DNA of 64,000 bases from a virus: the IMG/VR virus record IMGVR_UViG_3300000970_000006. The stretch is one strand, 5' to 3'. Shown piece after piece: positions 1 through 10,301 of this stretch. Numbering within the stretch: position 1 is the first letter of the stretch; each line of letters starts with the position of its first letter. The translations under genes were made by a program, and so were the position numbers. The notes beneath the pieces are model-generated. The model worked only from the letters and a program-made list of their open reading frames with translations. It did no database searches and was not told where the DNA came from.

Positions 1-321
1 ACGAAAATAAGAAAATCAGAAGCTGAGGAATATTGGAACCCATATACTTTAGAATTTGATGATGATTTTTGGACGGCCTACGACGAAGGAAAAGTGTGGG
101 CTAATATTAAAAAATCCTCAGGTATGGATGCTATTGAATTAAAAGAACGGTTTGAACAGAACAGAAAACTAATTTTGTTAAACAATATACCTGATGAAAA
201 TGGGGTTTTAGCTAATAAATTAGACCAAACAGGTATAAATGGCGATTTTGATACCGTATTCGACTACCTTGCGGAAAATAATATGAAAGTTCTTATGGAT
301 TCAGTTGAGGACTTTTTATAA
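1..321 (+). CDS. rnh: RNase H (T4 Rnh-like 5'-3' exonuclease), C-terminal part, 5'-truncated by window edge
   Basis: Frame open from base 1; RFEQNRKLILLNNIPDE...VFDYLAENNMKVLMDSVEDF resembles the T4 Rnh C-terminus (ENLVLIDFDYIPD...YSYFVKAGLSKLTNSINEF); sits at head of the rnh-33-59-32 block. Confidence 0.75.
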   Translation, partial: TKIRKSEAEEYWNPYTLEFDDDFWTAYDEGKVWANIKKSSGMDAIELKERFEQNRKLILLNNIPDENGVLANKLDQTGINGDFDTVFDYLAENNMKVLMDSVEDFL

Positions 322-324
322 ATA
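317..324 (+). promoter_or_regulatory. T4-type late promoter TATAAATA
   Basis: Exact TATAAATA over rnh stop, about 30 nt before ORF 356. Confidence 0.45.
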
Positions 325-355
325 GAATGAGACAAACAATAGAAAGGTTCGTAAT

Positions 356-895
356 ATGAACATGTCGAGCGTTGGTGTTGTATTTTCAACCGTTCTTGCT
401 GCTAAAGATAAAGAAGAAAAAATTGCTATATTAACAAAGTATGGTGTTTCGCCTGCAGTTAAACGGTTATACGAAATTGCAACAGGTGAAATAGAATTAG
501 CTGATAACATCGGTAAAGGTGTTAAAGCAAATCCTGAAAGCGTTACTCATAATAAAGCAGATATGTATCTTAATACTATCGGCAAAATGCTTCCCGCTTT
601 TTTGAAACAAGATCGTGACCAAACAAGAACTATTGAAGTTGTGTTTCCACGATACTTAAAAAAATTGTCTTCTGTTGAAGGTCAAATACTTCTAGATGCA
701 ATCGATGGTAAAATGAATATCGGCCTTGATATGTCTGATATTGCTGAAGTTCTAGGAATGAAAGCTGCTCCTAAACCTGTCAAAAAAGTTGAAGAGCCTG
801 TTAAAAAAGAAATAGTTGAAGAAAACGAAGAACCAAAAGAGTTAGATGGCGAAGATAGTAAACCTTCAAAATCAGCTCGTAAAAAATCAAAGTAA
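356..895 (+). CDS. Conserved T4-like phage protein (DUF6433-like) with charged C-terminal tail
   Basis: LAAKDKEEKIAILTKY motif and position after rnh as in marine T4-like phages. Confidence 0.5.
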   Translation: MNMSSVGVVFSTVLAAKDKEEKIAILTKYGVSPAVKRLYEIATGEIELADNIGKGVKANPESVTHNKADMYLNTIGKMLPAFLKQDRDQTRTIEVVFPRYLKKLSSVEGQILLDAIDGKMNIGLDMSDIAEVLGMKAAPKPVKKVEEPVKKEIVEENEEPKELDGEDSKPSKSARKKSK

Positions 896-939
896 TGCGA
901 CTTAGCAATTGCATGAGCTTGAGATAAGTGTAGTTGTAT

Positions 940-976
940 AAACGCCTGTGTTGAAGATAGAACGCAGGCGTTTTTT
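940..976 (+). terminator. Rho-independent terminator
   Basis: aaacgcctg / caggcgttt stem followed by T run. Confidence 0.7.
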
Positions 977-995
977 AATTTAAAGGAAAAACAAT

Positions 996-1229
996 ATGCC
1001 AATGTACTCATATATGAACACTGAAACAAATGAAGAGTGGTCAGAAATACGTTCTATGGATGAAGCCGATGACGGTGTCGACGGCGTCAAAATAATTCGT
1101 GTATTATCTGCTCCAAATATATTTCCGTCTGAACCCGCTGAAGGTTTAAAAAGAGGCGCAGATTTTCAGAAAAATATTATGGAACCTAAACTAAAGGCAC
1201 TCGGCGCAAAATATAATACTGAATTGTAA
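996..1229 (+). CDS. FmdB-like zinc-ribbon-type small protein
   Basis: MPMYSYMNTETNEEWSEI pattern; AAAGGA RBS; typical neighbour of phoH in T4-like phages. Confidence 0.55.
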   Translation: MPMYSYMNTETNEEWSEIRSMDEADDGVDGVKIIRVLSAPNIFPSEPAEGLKRGADFQKNIMEPKLKALGAKYNTEL

Positions 1230-1240
1230 AGGTTACTTGC

Positions 1241-1924
1241 TTGAAGAAAAAATTGCATCTGAATAAACTTCAACCTAAAAATGAATCGCAATCAAAAGTA
1301 ATAAAAGACTGGAATAACGAAAAAAATTTAATACTATTAGGATTTGCTGGAACGGGGAAAACCTGGCTAGCTATGAGTTTGGCTTTAAAAAGCTATTTTA
1401 ATAATGAAGTTGATGGAATTATAATATTCAGGTCTGCCTTACCCGTGCGAGACATTGGACATTTACCAGGCGATGTTGACGAGAAAATGTCCGTTTATAT
1501 GGAACCGTATAAGGATATAGTTCAAGAGCTAGTTCAAAACGGTAACTCAAAACCTGTATGGCCTGAATTAGAAGCCAATAAAATAATAGATTTTAGAGCA
1601 ACATCTTTTACTCGCGGACTAACATTTGACAATAAAATTGTAATCATAGATGAAGCCAACAATCTTAATTTTCATGAATTAGATACTATTATTGGTCGAT
1701 TAGGTGTTAACAGTCGATTGATTATTGCCGGTGATGAGACACAATCAGACCATATAAAATCAAAAGATAAACAAGGTTTGAGTAAGTTTGTTAATATTCT
1801 AAAAAGTATGCCCAAAAAATTTGCAATTACTTTCTTTGAAGCAGAAGATATAGTAAGGTCTGATATAGTTAAAGATTATATTATGGCAAAGCACAAATTA
1901 TATGGCGACGACTTCAGCGACTGA
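1241..1924 (+). CDS. phoH: PhoH-family ATPase
   Basis: GFAGTGKT Walker A, IGHLPG, TSFTRGLTFDN, IIDEANN, GDETQSD, DIVRS motifs. Confidence 0.93.
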   Translation: MKKKLHLNKLQPKNESQSKVIKDWNNEKNLILLGFAGTGKTWLAMSLALKSYFNNEVDGIIIFRSALPVRDIGHLPGDVDEKMSVYMEPYKDIVQELVQNGNSKPVWPELEANKIIDFRATSFTRGLTFDNKIVIIDEANNLNFHELDTIIGRLGVNSRLIIAGDETQSDHIKSKDKQGLSKFVNILKSMPKKFAITFFEAEDIVRSDIVKDYIMAKHKLYGDDFSD

Positions 1925-2639
1925 TTTTCTTAATTTTTACACATCAAAACCTGATTTTAAATATTTTGAACAACAATCTCTTAACATACCAGATATAAAT
2001 GCTAGTATAGCAGACGACGGTCTCCGTTATTATAATACGCCATTAGGTGATTTTCCATCAGCTACATCTGTATTAGGCGATACTGCAGATAATAGTTGGT
2101 TAGAAGAATGGCGAAACCATATAGGCCATGAATCAGCTGACCGTATAGTGGCAAGAAGCTCAGAACGAGGTTCTTTAATGCACGACGCCTTAGAGCAAAG
2201 ACTTTTAAATAATACAAATTGGATTGACTACTGTAAAGGTGACCATGAAGCTATTATAATGGCTAAGTTATTAGAAAAAGATTTATCGGAAAATGTTGAT
2301 ATTGTTTATGGAGCAGAAACAGCATTATATAGCGACTCTTTAAAAATAGCTGGACGCACAGATGGAATTGGCACATATAAAGGTAAAAATTCTATTATCG
2401 ATTTTAAAAATTCGCGAAGAATAAAAACTAGCAATGATATATTCGATTATTATTTGCAAGCTACTTATTATTCTATGATGCTTGAAGAAACACACGGTCA
2501 TGTTTGTGACCAGTTAGTTATTTTAATGGCATTCGCAGAGGATGGATTAGATTCGTATGAAGTGTTCATAGAAGACCGAAACAAATTTATTGAACCTGCT
2601 AAACAACGAGTAAAAGAATTTTATGAAAATAAAAAATGA
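1902..2639 (+). CDS. PD-(D/E)xK (Cas4/lambda-exo-like) exonuclease
   Basis: RGSLMHDALE, AGRTDGIG, IIDFKNS, YYLQATYY motifs. Confidence 0.85.
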   Translation: MATTSATDFLNFYTSKPDFKYFEQQSLNIPDINASIADDGLRYYNTPLGDFPSATSVLGDTADNSWLEEWRNHIGHESADRIVARSSERGSLMHDALEQRLLNNTNWIDYCKGDHEAIIMAKLLEKDLSENVDIVYGAETALYSDSLKIAGRTDGIGTYKGKNSIIDFKNSRRIKTSNDIFDYYLQATYYSMMLEETHGHVCDQLVILMAFAEDGLDSYEVFIEDRNKFIEPAKQRVKEFYENKK

Positions 2640-2901
2640 AGCCGAAAAAAATCTTGCGGGCACAAAACATGACGCAATAGTTTCTGATATTGAATTTAGC
2701 AAGATTGTATTTGAATTAGTCAAAGATTCAAATAACGAGTTAGACCATATAGAAGCATTTGTTATAGTGTGTGAGCAGTTAGATATTGAAATAGAGTCAA
2801 GCGCCGAATTAATAACGCCTCCTTTAAAAGCAAAATTAAAAATAGACGCAGAACAAAAAAATTGGTTACCGAAAACATCAAGATTAGGAGATATTTGGTG
2901 A
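2623..2901 (+). CDS. 33: gp33 late-transcription co-activator
   Basis: IEAFVIVCEQLDIEIESSAELITPPLKAKLKIDAEQKNWL; position upstream of gp59/gp32. Confidence 0.85.
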   Translation: MKIKNEAEKNLAGTKHDAIVSDIEFSKIVFELVKDSNNELDHIEAFVIVCEQLDIEIESSAELITPPLKAKLKIDAEQKNWLPKTSRLGDIW

Positions 2902-3518
2902 TAGCGGCTGAAAAGGAGAAAGCTTATCAATTCTATCGAGCTCACCGTTCGATAATGTTGCACTTTGAAACAGATTATAACATTAAAAATTACGGTATAC
3001 CAAAACAGTTTGGTCGTCAGCAATATATTGCGTGCAGAGACAAACATATCTTTAATAGACTTGGCAAATCAAAACTGTCTAAAAATGATGCGTTTCCGTT
3101 TTGGATAAGCCAATTCAAAAATGAAGATTTATCATGGCCTGGTGACATTATAATAAATGATAGAATTAAATCATATGTTGCGTGGAAAGGTATTGTTAAA
3201 AATCTCTTTCGTTCATTTAAAGTTCGTATCAAACAAATATGTTTGACAACCAAAAGAAGCCCAGAAAGTTTGCTAGAATTAAAACCGGGAGAAACTTATC
3301 CAAAAATAATCCAGCTTGCAATATCAAATAAAATAGATGTAGAAATAGCCATAGTATTAGCCAGATGTTTTGATAAAGTTCCGCTTATTCAATCGCGAGA
3401 TAGCATTTATTTTCCACAATGGTACAAACGTTTTAAGGAATATAGCTATTTTATAGACTGTGATTTGACTCCATATAAAGAGTTTCTTTTAGAGCTAGAA
3501 GAAACAGTTTATACATAA
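2898..3518 (+). CDS. 59: gp59 helicase loader
   Basis: GTG start with AGGAG RBS; YRAHRSIMLHFETDYNIKNYG, RDKHIFNRL; between 33 and 32. Confidence 0.8.
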   Translation: MIAAEKEKAYQFYRAHRSIMLHFETDYNIKNYGIPKQFGRQQYIACRDKHIFNRLGKSKLSKNDAFPFWISQFKNEDLSWPGDIIINDRIKSYVAWKGIVKNLFRSFKVRIKQICLTTKRSPESLLELKPGETYPKIIQLAISNKIDVEIAIVLARCFDKVPLIQSRDSIYFPQWYKRFKEYSYFIDCDLTPYKEFLLELEETVYT

Positions 3519-3572
3519 TATGTCTACGGACACACAACATTAAAAAATATACAAAACAAAAGAAAGACTAAC

Positions 3573-4484
3573 ATGACATTAACATTTGATTTTGACGACA
3601 TTTTAAAACAATCTACAGAATTTGAAACAACAGTTGATAAAGCATTTGAAGACGATAGTACATCCAATAATGAATGGTCAAATTATTGGAAACCAACTCC
3701 AGATAAAGCAGGAAACTCTACTTCAGTAATTCGTTTTTTACCAGCACCTCCAGGCGAAAAATCCCCATTCGTATCATATTACCAACACTATTTTACCGGT
3801 TCAAATGGTAAAGTATATTCTGAGCGTTCTCTTACGACTCTTAAACAGGATGATCCTGTTGGTAAATATAATGCAAAATTGTGGAATAGTGGTTTTGAGG
3901 AAGACAAAAAAACAGCTAGTAGCCAAAAACGGTCTAAAAAATATGTGTTTAACATTCTTGTTGAAAAAGACCCGGGCAAGCCAGAAAATGAAGGTAAAAT
4001 ATTCCTTTATCAAGCAGGTCCACAAATTTTCAACAAACTTAAAGAAGCACGTAAGCCTGAATTTGATGATGTTGAGGCCATTCAGCCATTTAGCATTACA
4101 GACACAGGTGCATCATTTAGATTGAAAACCAAGAAAAAAGGTCCATATCTAAATTATGAAGATTCTCACTTTGGACCAGCATCAGCGTTATATGGCGGAG
4201 ATGTTGAAAAAATGAGAGCTGTTTTTGAAGGCCAAGAAGTTTATAGTTTGGCTGAAATTGCAGACGTTTCCAAATATAAATCATACGATGAACTAGAACG
4301 CCGCTTGGCTGAAGTTCTTGAAGATGATGGATATGTAATGGAAAATGCAGCTCTTTCTAATAACGTTAATGATTCACCAACAGTAGAAGATGATACATCG
4401 GCAAAACAGGTCGACGAAACAATCGTTGATATGGATGACGATGAAGACTCTTTAAACGTTTTTCGTGACTTAGCAGAATCGTAA
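3573..4484 (+). CDS. 32: gp32 single-stranded DNA-binding protein
   Basis: YWKPTPDKAGNSTSVIRFLPAP, DDPVGKYN, NEGKIFLYQAGPQIFNK, NYEDSHF, acidic tail. Confidence 0.95.
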   Translation: MTLTFDFDDILKQSTEFETTVDKAFEDDSTSNNEWSNYWKPTPDKAGNSTSVIRFLPAPPGEKSPFVSYYQHYFTGSNGKVYSERSLTTLKQDDPVGKYNAKLWNSGFEEDKKTASSQKRSKKYVFNILVEKDPGKPENEGKIFLYQAGPQIFNKLKEARKPEFDDVEAIQPFSITDTGASFRLKTKKKGPYLNYEDSHFGPASALYGGDVEKMRAVFEGQEVYSLAEIADVSKYKSYDELERRLAEVLEDDGYVMENAALSNNVNDSPTVEDDTSAKQVDETIVDMDDDEDSLNVFRDLAES

Positions 4485-4487
4485 TAT

Positions 4488-4874
4488 ATGAGTGATAAAA
4501 AACTATTAGTTTGTGGCGGGAGTCGGTATAATTCCCGCCACTACATTAAAGAAGGATTGGTATACTTCTATAATAAAGTAGGAATTCCTAATAACGCGTT
4601 GACTATAATATCTCCAGATGATAATATAGTAACTCCTGTTATTAAAACAATTGGCAATGCTAATAATATTCAATATGAAATCGTATTTTCAGACAAAACA
4701 AAATACGCGAATATTTCAGATGCTATAAGAAATGAAAAAATATTTCTTGAACACAATATACTTGCCGCATTAATATTTGATGATACAAGCGCTCAATCAC
4801 AGAAATGGATTGATAAAGCAAAACGCTTCGATATTCCGTCAATTGCCTTAGATATGCAAGGCCTCGCAAAATAA
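4488..4874 (+). CDS. YspA/SLOG-family (DUF2493-like) protein
   Basis: LLVCGGSRYN N-terminal motif; ALIFDD...IDKAKRFDIP. Confidence 0.6.
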   Translation: MSDKKLLVCGGSRYNSRHYIKEGLVYFYNKVGIPNNALTIISPDDNIVTPVIKTIGNANNIQYEIVFSDKTKYANISDAIRNEKIFLEHNILAALIFDDTSAQSQKWIDKAKRFDIPSIALDMQGLAK

Positions 4875-4897
4875 TTAAAAAAAATTAGTTTTAGCTG

Positions 4898-4926
4898 TTT
4901 ACAATGCTTCTTTAATATCGTATTCT
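4898..4926 (+). promoter_or_regulatory. Early sigma70-type promoter
   Basis: TTTACA-17 bp-TATTCT with upstream A-tract; GTTTAC resembles T4 early -35. Confidence 0.7.
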
Positions 4927-4973
4927 ATTAAAGAGAGTTAAATCTCAATAACATTAAACAAGGAGAAACTATT

Positions 4974-5483
4974 ATGACTATTACTGCACAATCAACTGTA
5001 TCTGAACTTTTGTCGTCTTTCAACGGCGTTCGCAAACAGCTTAACCTTGAACCTCTTTCAAAATGGGGTCGTTCAAAAAAAGATTTGATTGCAAAAATCG
5101 ACGAAGCGCAAAAGGAATTGGATGCTATGGCTCCGGCTACGCAAGCAGCTAAAGGCCCACGGAAGTCAAAGTCACCATTCCCTAAAGGTACATTCAAATC
5201 TGCGGCGCCAAAGGCTAATGATACGCGTGGCCAGAAATGGGAAACAATTGACGCAAAATTCAATATCGATGGCGAAAAAACCGCTGTATCAGGTGGCGCT
5301 GTGTTTGAATCTGTACGCGGTAAGTACATCTACATTGCGGTTGTTGACGGAAAACCTGTTCCATGGGCAAACCGTTTTGATGACAAGAAAAATGAATTTG
5401 TATGTTACGGCGCGCTTCTTGCGGAAATTGCTCCAGAAGTTACAAAAGGCAAGCGTGTTGCTGATTTTCAAAAACCAGAATAA
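4974..5483 (+). CDS. Hypothetical basic early protein
   Basis: AAGGAG RBS, own promoter and terminator; K/A-rich linker. Confidence 0.75.
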   Translation: MTITAQSTVSELLSSFNGVRKQLNLEPLSKWGRSKKDLIAKIDEAQKELDAMAPATQAAKGPRKSKSPFPKGTFKSAAPKANDTRGQKWETIDAKFNIDGEKTAVSGGAVFESVRGKYIYIAVVDGKPVPWANRFDDKKNEFVCYGALLAEIAPEVTKGKRVADFQKPE

Positions 5484-5504
5484 ATTTCTGATGATTAACG
5501 ACTT

Positions 5505-5531
5505 AAAAGCCCGCACGAAGCGGGCTTTTTT
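5505..5531 (+). terminator. Rho-independent terminator
   Basis: aaaagcccgc-acgaa-gcgggctttttt. Confidence 0.85.
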
Positions 5532-5770
5532 GTATCAAACAACGGAAAACAATTGTCATTTTAGTTTCATTGGCTATTTTATAGATTGTTTTTACATAAT
5601 ATATTTGAATCATACTGTTACAAGGCGCATTCTCAATGTACAAATTAACATTTAAGGAATACTCAGATGTTCAATTGGGTTATACTGAATTAGGATTGCA
5701 ATGTGTTGCATGTAGATTTTCAAAGATTTCAACATCCTGCAAACTTAACATCTGAAGAGGAATAAAATTC

Positions 5771-6160
5771 ATGGCTCAAGAATATGCAAAAGGCACGACG
5801 AAATGTAAAAAGCCTAAAATGCAAAACACGGAAAACAGGATATGGATAACAACAAAAACTACTATTGGAGGATTACCCGTTACTTGTTATGAACAAAGTA
5901 ATGGAGCAAAATACATTTATTTCCAAGGAAAAGACCGTTATTGGAGATGTATTTCAAAGGATATGGCAGCGATAAATCCTGACGGCACTTATAACCTAAA
6001 CCCTTCTAAATCAACAAAGCCTAAAAATTTACCTGACACTATTCATATATGTGTCATGGATAATGGCGAAATTTATGCCGGAGAAGAAACAGCTCTTCGA
6101 CAAAAATACGCCAACGAAGAAGATTTTGTTGAAATATTTGAAACCGAATTTGTTAAATAA
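5771..6160 (+). CDS. Hypothetical protein
   Basis: 129-aa ORF with GAGGA RBS. Confidence 0.65.
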   Translation: MAQEYAKGTTKCKKPKMQNTENRIWITTKTTIGGLPVTCYEQSNGAKYIYFQGKDRYWRCISKDMAAINPDGTYNLNPSKSTKPKNLPDTIHICVMDNGEIYAGEETALRQKYANEEDFVEIFETEFVK

Positions 6161-6170
6161 GGAAACTAAC

Positions 6171-7628
6171 ATGGACTACTCAGACGAAAATGCGGCATTT
6201 ATGCAAAAAATGATTGATTTTGGTTCTCTTGAAGGGAATAAAAATTTAAATGAAACAGATAATGTTGAAAATGCTGATAAAAATTTAAATGGTGATATGC
6301 ACGTTTATCATGTTGATTTTGGCCATTCAGAACCTGACGAACTTGTTGACATCATTTTTGAAATGTCACAATTACAAAAAGATCGTAATTATATTACCAA
6401 CAATCTTAATATCAGATTAGGCGTTGCTGCAGGAAAATCTGATGAAAATGATGAAGAATTTGAGATACGTTTTGCCTTTACGGTTTTAAATGGATTAGAC
6501 AATTCAAGTGTTACATTCATTTTAGATTTTGATTACGGTAATATGTGCGTCAGGTCATTAGCAGCGCGTACTAAAACAGAAGAAGATTTTTATATCAAAT
6601 TCTATAATTCGTGCGTGCTAACTCATTTTAGCAATTTGTATTATGGTATTCTGTTTTCTCCTAAGAATATGACCGCACAACAATCTCACTCATATTCTAG
6701 ATCGGTAAGCGCAAAACCTGAGCATCATAATATATTCATGGATGTTGAAAATGCAGCTATATCATTTATAACGCACAAGTTAATGACCGATAAATCTATG
6801 GATGATGTTGAACTAATGATGAATTCTATAAAGAATATTACAAATTTGTTTAACGCCGCTATGGTATTTGATAACAATGACAAAGTTCAAATGAATGATG
6901 TTGCTAAAGTAGGAAATCCTATAACGAATAATAAATTGGATTCTTTATTTAATAAACTTAAACCTGGAGGCATGGCTAACGTAGAACCATCTTTACAGGG
7001 TATTGATTTGTCAGGAGCGTCTCTAAGTTCTACACTAAACACGGTTGTAGACGGTCTTCTTAACGAATTAGCAACATCTGAAAATCCTGATGTTGTTGAT
7101 ATGGCAAATCGTTTAAAAGAACAAAAAGCGGCAAATACTTCGTATAGCGATGTAAGAGGACAAATAGTCGATGATGAAGACATTAAAAATCTTTATAATG
7201 CAGACACTATTGAAAAAGATTTAATTTCAGACATCAATCAAATATCTGAGTCTCTTCAAACAGAATTTCATGAAATGTTTTTGCGAACAACTGATTCAAA
7301 AGCCGGTACCAAAGATGGCTCAATGGTAGCGTTCTCATATAATGCTGCAAAGAAAAAGACTATCGTATCATTTGATAAGGCCAAATATAACATTCATTTG
7401 GATTTGCTTTGGATGTTATTACCTGAAGAAAATGAAGACTATGACCATGGAACAAATATGGTTATTAAAGTGTTCTCTGCCGTATCTAAAAAATATGCAT
7501 CTGCGCCTAATCAAGGAGACATAACTTCAGAAAATGTTCGCATTTGGATGCACGAAGAAGCAATGAAAGCGGCTGAAGAAATAGGCGCTGACGGAGATAT
7601 TGAAATATCAACTACACGCAAATCTTAG
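6171..7628 (+). CDS. Hypothetical acidic protein (about 485 aa)
   Basis: Long ORF; likely start ATG 6171 after AAGGA RBS rather than 6051. Confidence 0.75.
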   Translation: MDYSDENAAFMQKMIDFGSLEGNKNLNETDNVENADKNLNGDMHVYHVDFGHSEPDELVDIIFEMSQLQKDRNYITNNLNIRLGVAAGKSDENDEEFEIRFAFTVLNGLDNSSVTFILDFDYGNMCVRSLAARTKTEEDFYIKFYNSCVLTHFSNLYYGILFSPKNMTAQQSHSYSRSVSAKPEHHNIFMDVENAAISFITHKLMTDKSMDDVELMMNSIKNITNLFNAAMVFDNNDKVQMNDVAKVGNPITNNKLDSLFNKLKPGGMANVEPSLQGIDLSGASLSSTLNTVVDGLLNELATSENPDVVDMANRLKEQKAANTSYSDVRGQIVDDEDIKNLYNADTIEKDLISDINQISESLQTEFHEMFLRTTDSKAGTKDGSMVAFSYNAAKKKTIVSFDKAKYNIHLDLLWMLLPEENEDYDHGTNMVIKVFSAVSKKYASAPNQGDITSENVRIWMHEEAMKAAEEIGADGDIEISTTRKS

Positions 7629-7632
7629 TGCT

Positions 7633-9918
7633 TTATTGGGTGTGAGTAGTATTTCTCACACCCGCTACGCCTGCAGCAAAAGACGGCTCATCATTAAATG
7701 CTGATTTTTGCATTATATAATGTTTTGATATATTATACGTATTTTTATTATCAACTATATTAGCAGTAGCTTGTTGAGCTTTTCTTTTTTCTTTTCTTTC
7801 TTCTATTAACTTCATAGTTTCCTCTTGTTTAATATTCATAGAAGTTAAATTCATACCACTTGGTTCCGGTAAAGGACGAACTACTATAGGTTTTTTTACG
7901 TCATTACTTGTTCTAATTTGATTTGCGCGACCACCTATTTTAACTTGCTCTGGTTTAGGTTTTGGTTTATCATCACCAAACCAATAATCAACAGAAAATA
8001 TATCTGAAAACCAACTTTTAATTGAGCCTGTAAAATTATTAATCATTCCTTTAATGTCACTGACAAATTCAGAATTTCCAATATCAATAATTGTTTGTTC
8101 AACTGCCTGTTTAATGGTTTCCGCTTTTTCCTTAATAGCTGTTTTTGCACGAGATATAGAATCAGAAGCCGTTGCGTACCACTCACCAAAAGCAGTAACC
8201 GCAGACGCTGCAACTGTTTTTAAAATCCCATTTTGTCTAAGCAATTCTTTGTTTAAATTTTCTTTATATTGACCTAAATCGTCTATTTGTTTCGCTAATA
8301 AATCAGCTTCTTTCATATTACCTTTAGCAATTGCGTCAAGTCTTTGTGTACGCAAGTCTTTTATAGATTTGTTAGTTGCATCTAATTTGCTTAATACTTC
8401 TTCTTTTGCTTCTTTAGTAATACCAATACTTTCATTAATTCCAGCATCAGGGAATATCATATCAAATATTTCATAATGAAACTCAATGGCTTTATCAATG
8501 AAACCATAAGTTTTATCTTCAAGTTTACCATTTAATTCATTAAATTCAGTTGATGCTTCTGATATTTGTTTATTGCGAGATTGAATATTTGCATCTATAG
8601 ATTGAAGTTCATTTTTTAATTGTTTCAGTTTAGATTGGTCATTATTAGACTCTGCTTCTTGAATTTGCGCTAAAACAAGATTGCGTTTTTCAACAAAAGT
8701 AGATTGCTCTTTTATAGAGTCCATTAATTTTTGTTCAACATTCGCTTTATTAGTTTCAATTTTTTTGACTTCAGCATCAAGTTCTCCGGTAAACCAATTA
8801 GACACATGTGACATTGCTTTGTCTATGCCTTTGGCTATTTTTTCACCGCCAATAAATCCTAATAATCCGCCAATTGCTGCTCCTGCTAAACCGCCAACCA
8901 ATGTACCAACGACAGGAAATACTGAACCAATTGTTGCACCAATTAGAGCAAATTTACCAGCATTCGTGAAAACATTTAACATATAACTATCTGCTCCACC
9001 AAATATAGAACCGACAACACCCGCTAATTTCGACACTCCCCATTCTTCAGAATTGATATAGCCCATTATACCATCGTATGCGACTGCGAAAATTGAACCT
9101 GCAATAGCAGTAACTTTAGCTGCAATACCCAAACCTTTTAGTGCCGCACCACCGAGTACGCCTGCGCCACCTGCAGTGGCCAGATTAGCTAAACTAGCAG
9201 CACCAAATAATCCACCAATACCAAAACCTTTGCCATTATCATCTTCATCATCATTGCCGAAGCTGATGCCAGAAAGAGCTGAACCTTCGTGGTCATTTTC
9301 TAATAAACGTCTTCTGTAAGCCTCATCATTTTTTAAATCAGTTTTGTATGCCTCACTCAAAACAGCAAATGTATTAGCAGTATTTTCTTTTATTTCTTGT
9401 AAAATAGTTGATTGATGGGCATTATTTTCTTCATCATAAAATGGACCATCGTTTGTAGGCGGATTATTATCATTTGATGGAACTTTAGGCTGAGGCGATT
9501 GTTTTTCTAAATCCTCATATTTATCAGCACCTAAAAGACGGCTCGTAAATGAATTTTTAATTACACCTTCGTCTTCGCCTTTACCTAATCCTAATAAGCC
9601 TTCATACATATCTTGTTTGATGGCGCTAGTAAAATTGCTAAATATGTTTCCTGAATTAGAAACAACCTGGTATATCATACCGCGATTAGTTTTTTCTAAA
9701 TCGCCAAAGAATTTTTCGCGCTGCTTTTTTTGAGCATCAATTGATTGAACAAATGCCTGGTCTTCTTGATTTAATAGTTTCTCACGCGCCACATTCATTT
9801 TATTTTGAGCATCGGTATATTCTTCAGTACCTTCAGCTGCTTCAGACATAAATCGAAGCATTTTGATATATTCTTTACGTAGATTTTTTACTTCATCTAC
9901 ATCAATTTGTTCGTCCAT
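7633..9918 (-). CDS. Tape measure / baseplate hub gp29-like protein
   Basis: 761 aa, coiled-coil N-part, G/A-rich hydrophobic segment (GGLFGAASLANLATAGGAGVLGG), N-rich C-terminus; downstream of gp26/gp51. Confidence 0.7.
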   Translation of the reverse strand: MDEQIDVDEVKNLRKEYIKMLRFMSEAAEGTEEYTDAQNKMNVAREKLLNQEDQAFVQSIDAQKKQREKFFGDLEKTNRGMIYQVVSNSGNIFSNFTSAIKQDMYEGLLGLGKGEDEGVIKNSFTSRLLGADKYEDLEKQSPQPKVPSNDNNPPTNDGPFYDEENNAHQSTILQEIKENTANTFAVLSEAYKTDLKNDEAYRRRLLENDHEGSALSGISFGNDDEDDNGKGFGIGGLFGAASLANLATAGGAGVLGGAALKGLGIAAKVTAIAGSIFAVAYDGIMGYINSEEWGVSKLAGVVGSIFGGADSYMLNVFTNAGKFALIGATIGSVFPVVGTLVGGLAGAAIGGLLGFIGGEKIAKGIDKAMSHVSNWFTGELDAEVKKIETNKANVEQKLMDSIKEQSTFVEKRNLVLAQIQEAESNNDQSKLKQLKNELQSIDANIQSRNKQISEASTEFNELNGKLEDKTYGFIDKAIEFHYEIFDMIFPDAGINESIGITKEAKEEVLSKLDATNKSIKDLRTQRLDAIAKGNMKEADLLAKQIDDLGQYKENLNKELLRQNGILKTVAASAVTAFGEWYATASDSISRAKTAIKEKAETIKQAVEQTIIDIGNSEFVSDIKGMINNFTGSIKSWFSDIFSVDYWFGDDKPKPKPEQVKIGGRANQIRTSNDVKKPIVVRPLPEPSGMNLTSMNIKQEETMKLIEERKEKRKAQQATANIVDNKNTYNISKHYIMQKSAFNDEPSFAAGVAGVRNTTHTQ

Positions 9919-9920
9919 TT

Positions 9921-10301
9921 TTAACCTTCACCATTTGAATATGGATTTTTGCTCATGTCGATAAGTTCATCTTCAAGAGGCTCTGGATAATACGGTTCTT
10001 GTTTATTGCCGTATTTTAATTCTTGCGAATCATCAAATGCCGCCCATCCTGTATAACCTGCGACAACTCCTGTAAATGCTAATATCAATGTGTTTAAAAC
10101 CGAAGTTGATGTAGCTGATATTTTATCAGGCATTATTAAAGCAACTAATGTCACGACTACCATCATAATCATGCTAATCCATGCCATCAATCTTCGATTA
10201 AACCATTTATCATTTACTGATTTTGAAGAGCCGCCTGGTGGCGTTCCTCTATTCTCTGATGTATTAGATGGGTGTACAATATTCTTTCGTATGGGAACCA
10301 A
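9921..10301 (-). CDS. Two-TM membrane protein (KWFNRRLMAW type); start uncertain
   Basis: Two hydrophobic helices; annotated TTG start lies inside gp51; ATG at 10213 is one base out of frame. Confidence 0.55.
   Translation of the reverse strand: MVPIRKNIVHPSNTSENRGTPPGGSSKSVNDKWFNRRLMAWISMIMMVVVTLVALIMPDKISATSTSVLNTLILAFTGVVAGYTGWAAFDDSQELKYGNKQEPYYPEPLEDELIDMSKNPYSNGEG

Noticed and set aside
1902-2639. Cas4-like nuclease as sign of a CRISPR system
   Set aside because: No repeat-spacer array or other cas genes seen; this exonuclease is a standard neighbour of phoH in T4-like phages
5089-5655. 188-aa alternative-frame ORF overlapping 4974-5483
   Set aside because: No RBS, runs through the terminator; shadow of the real gene
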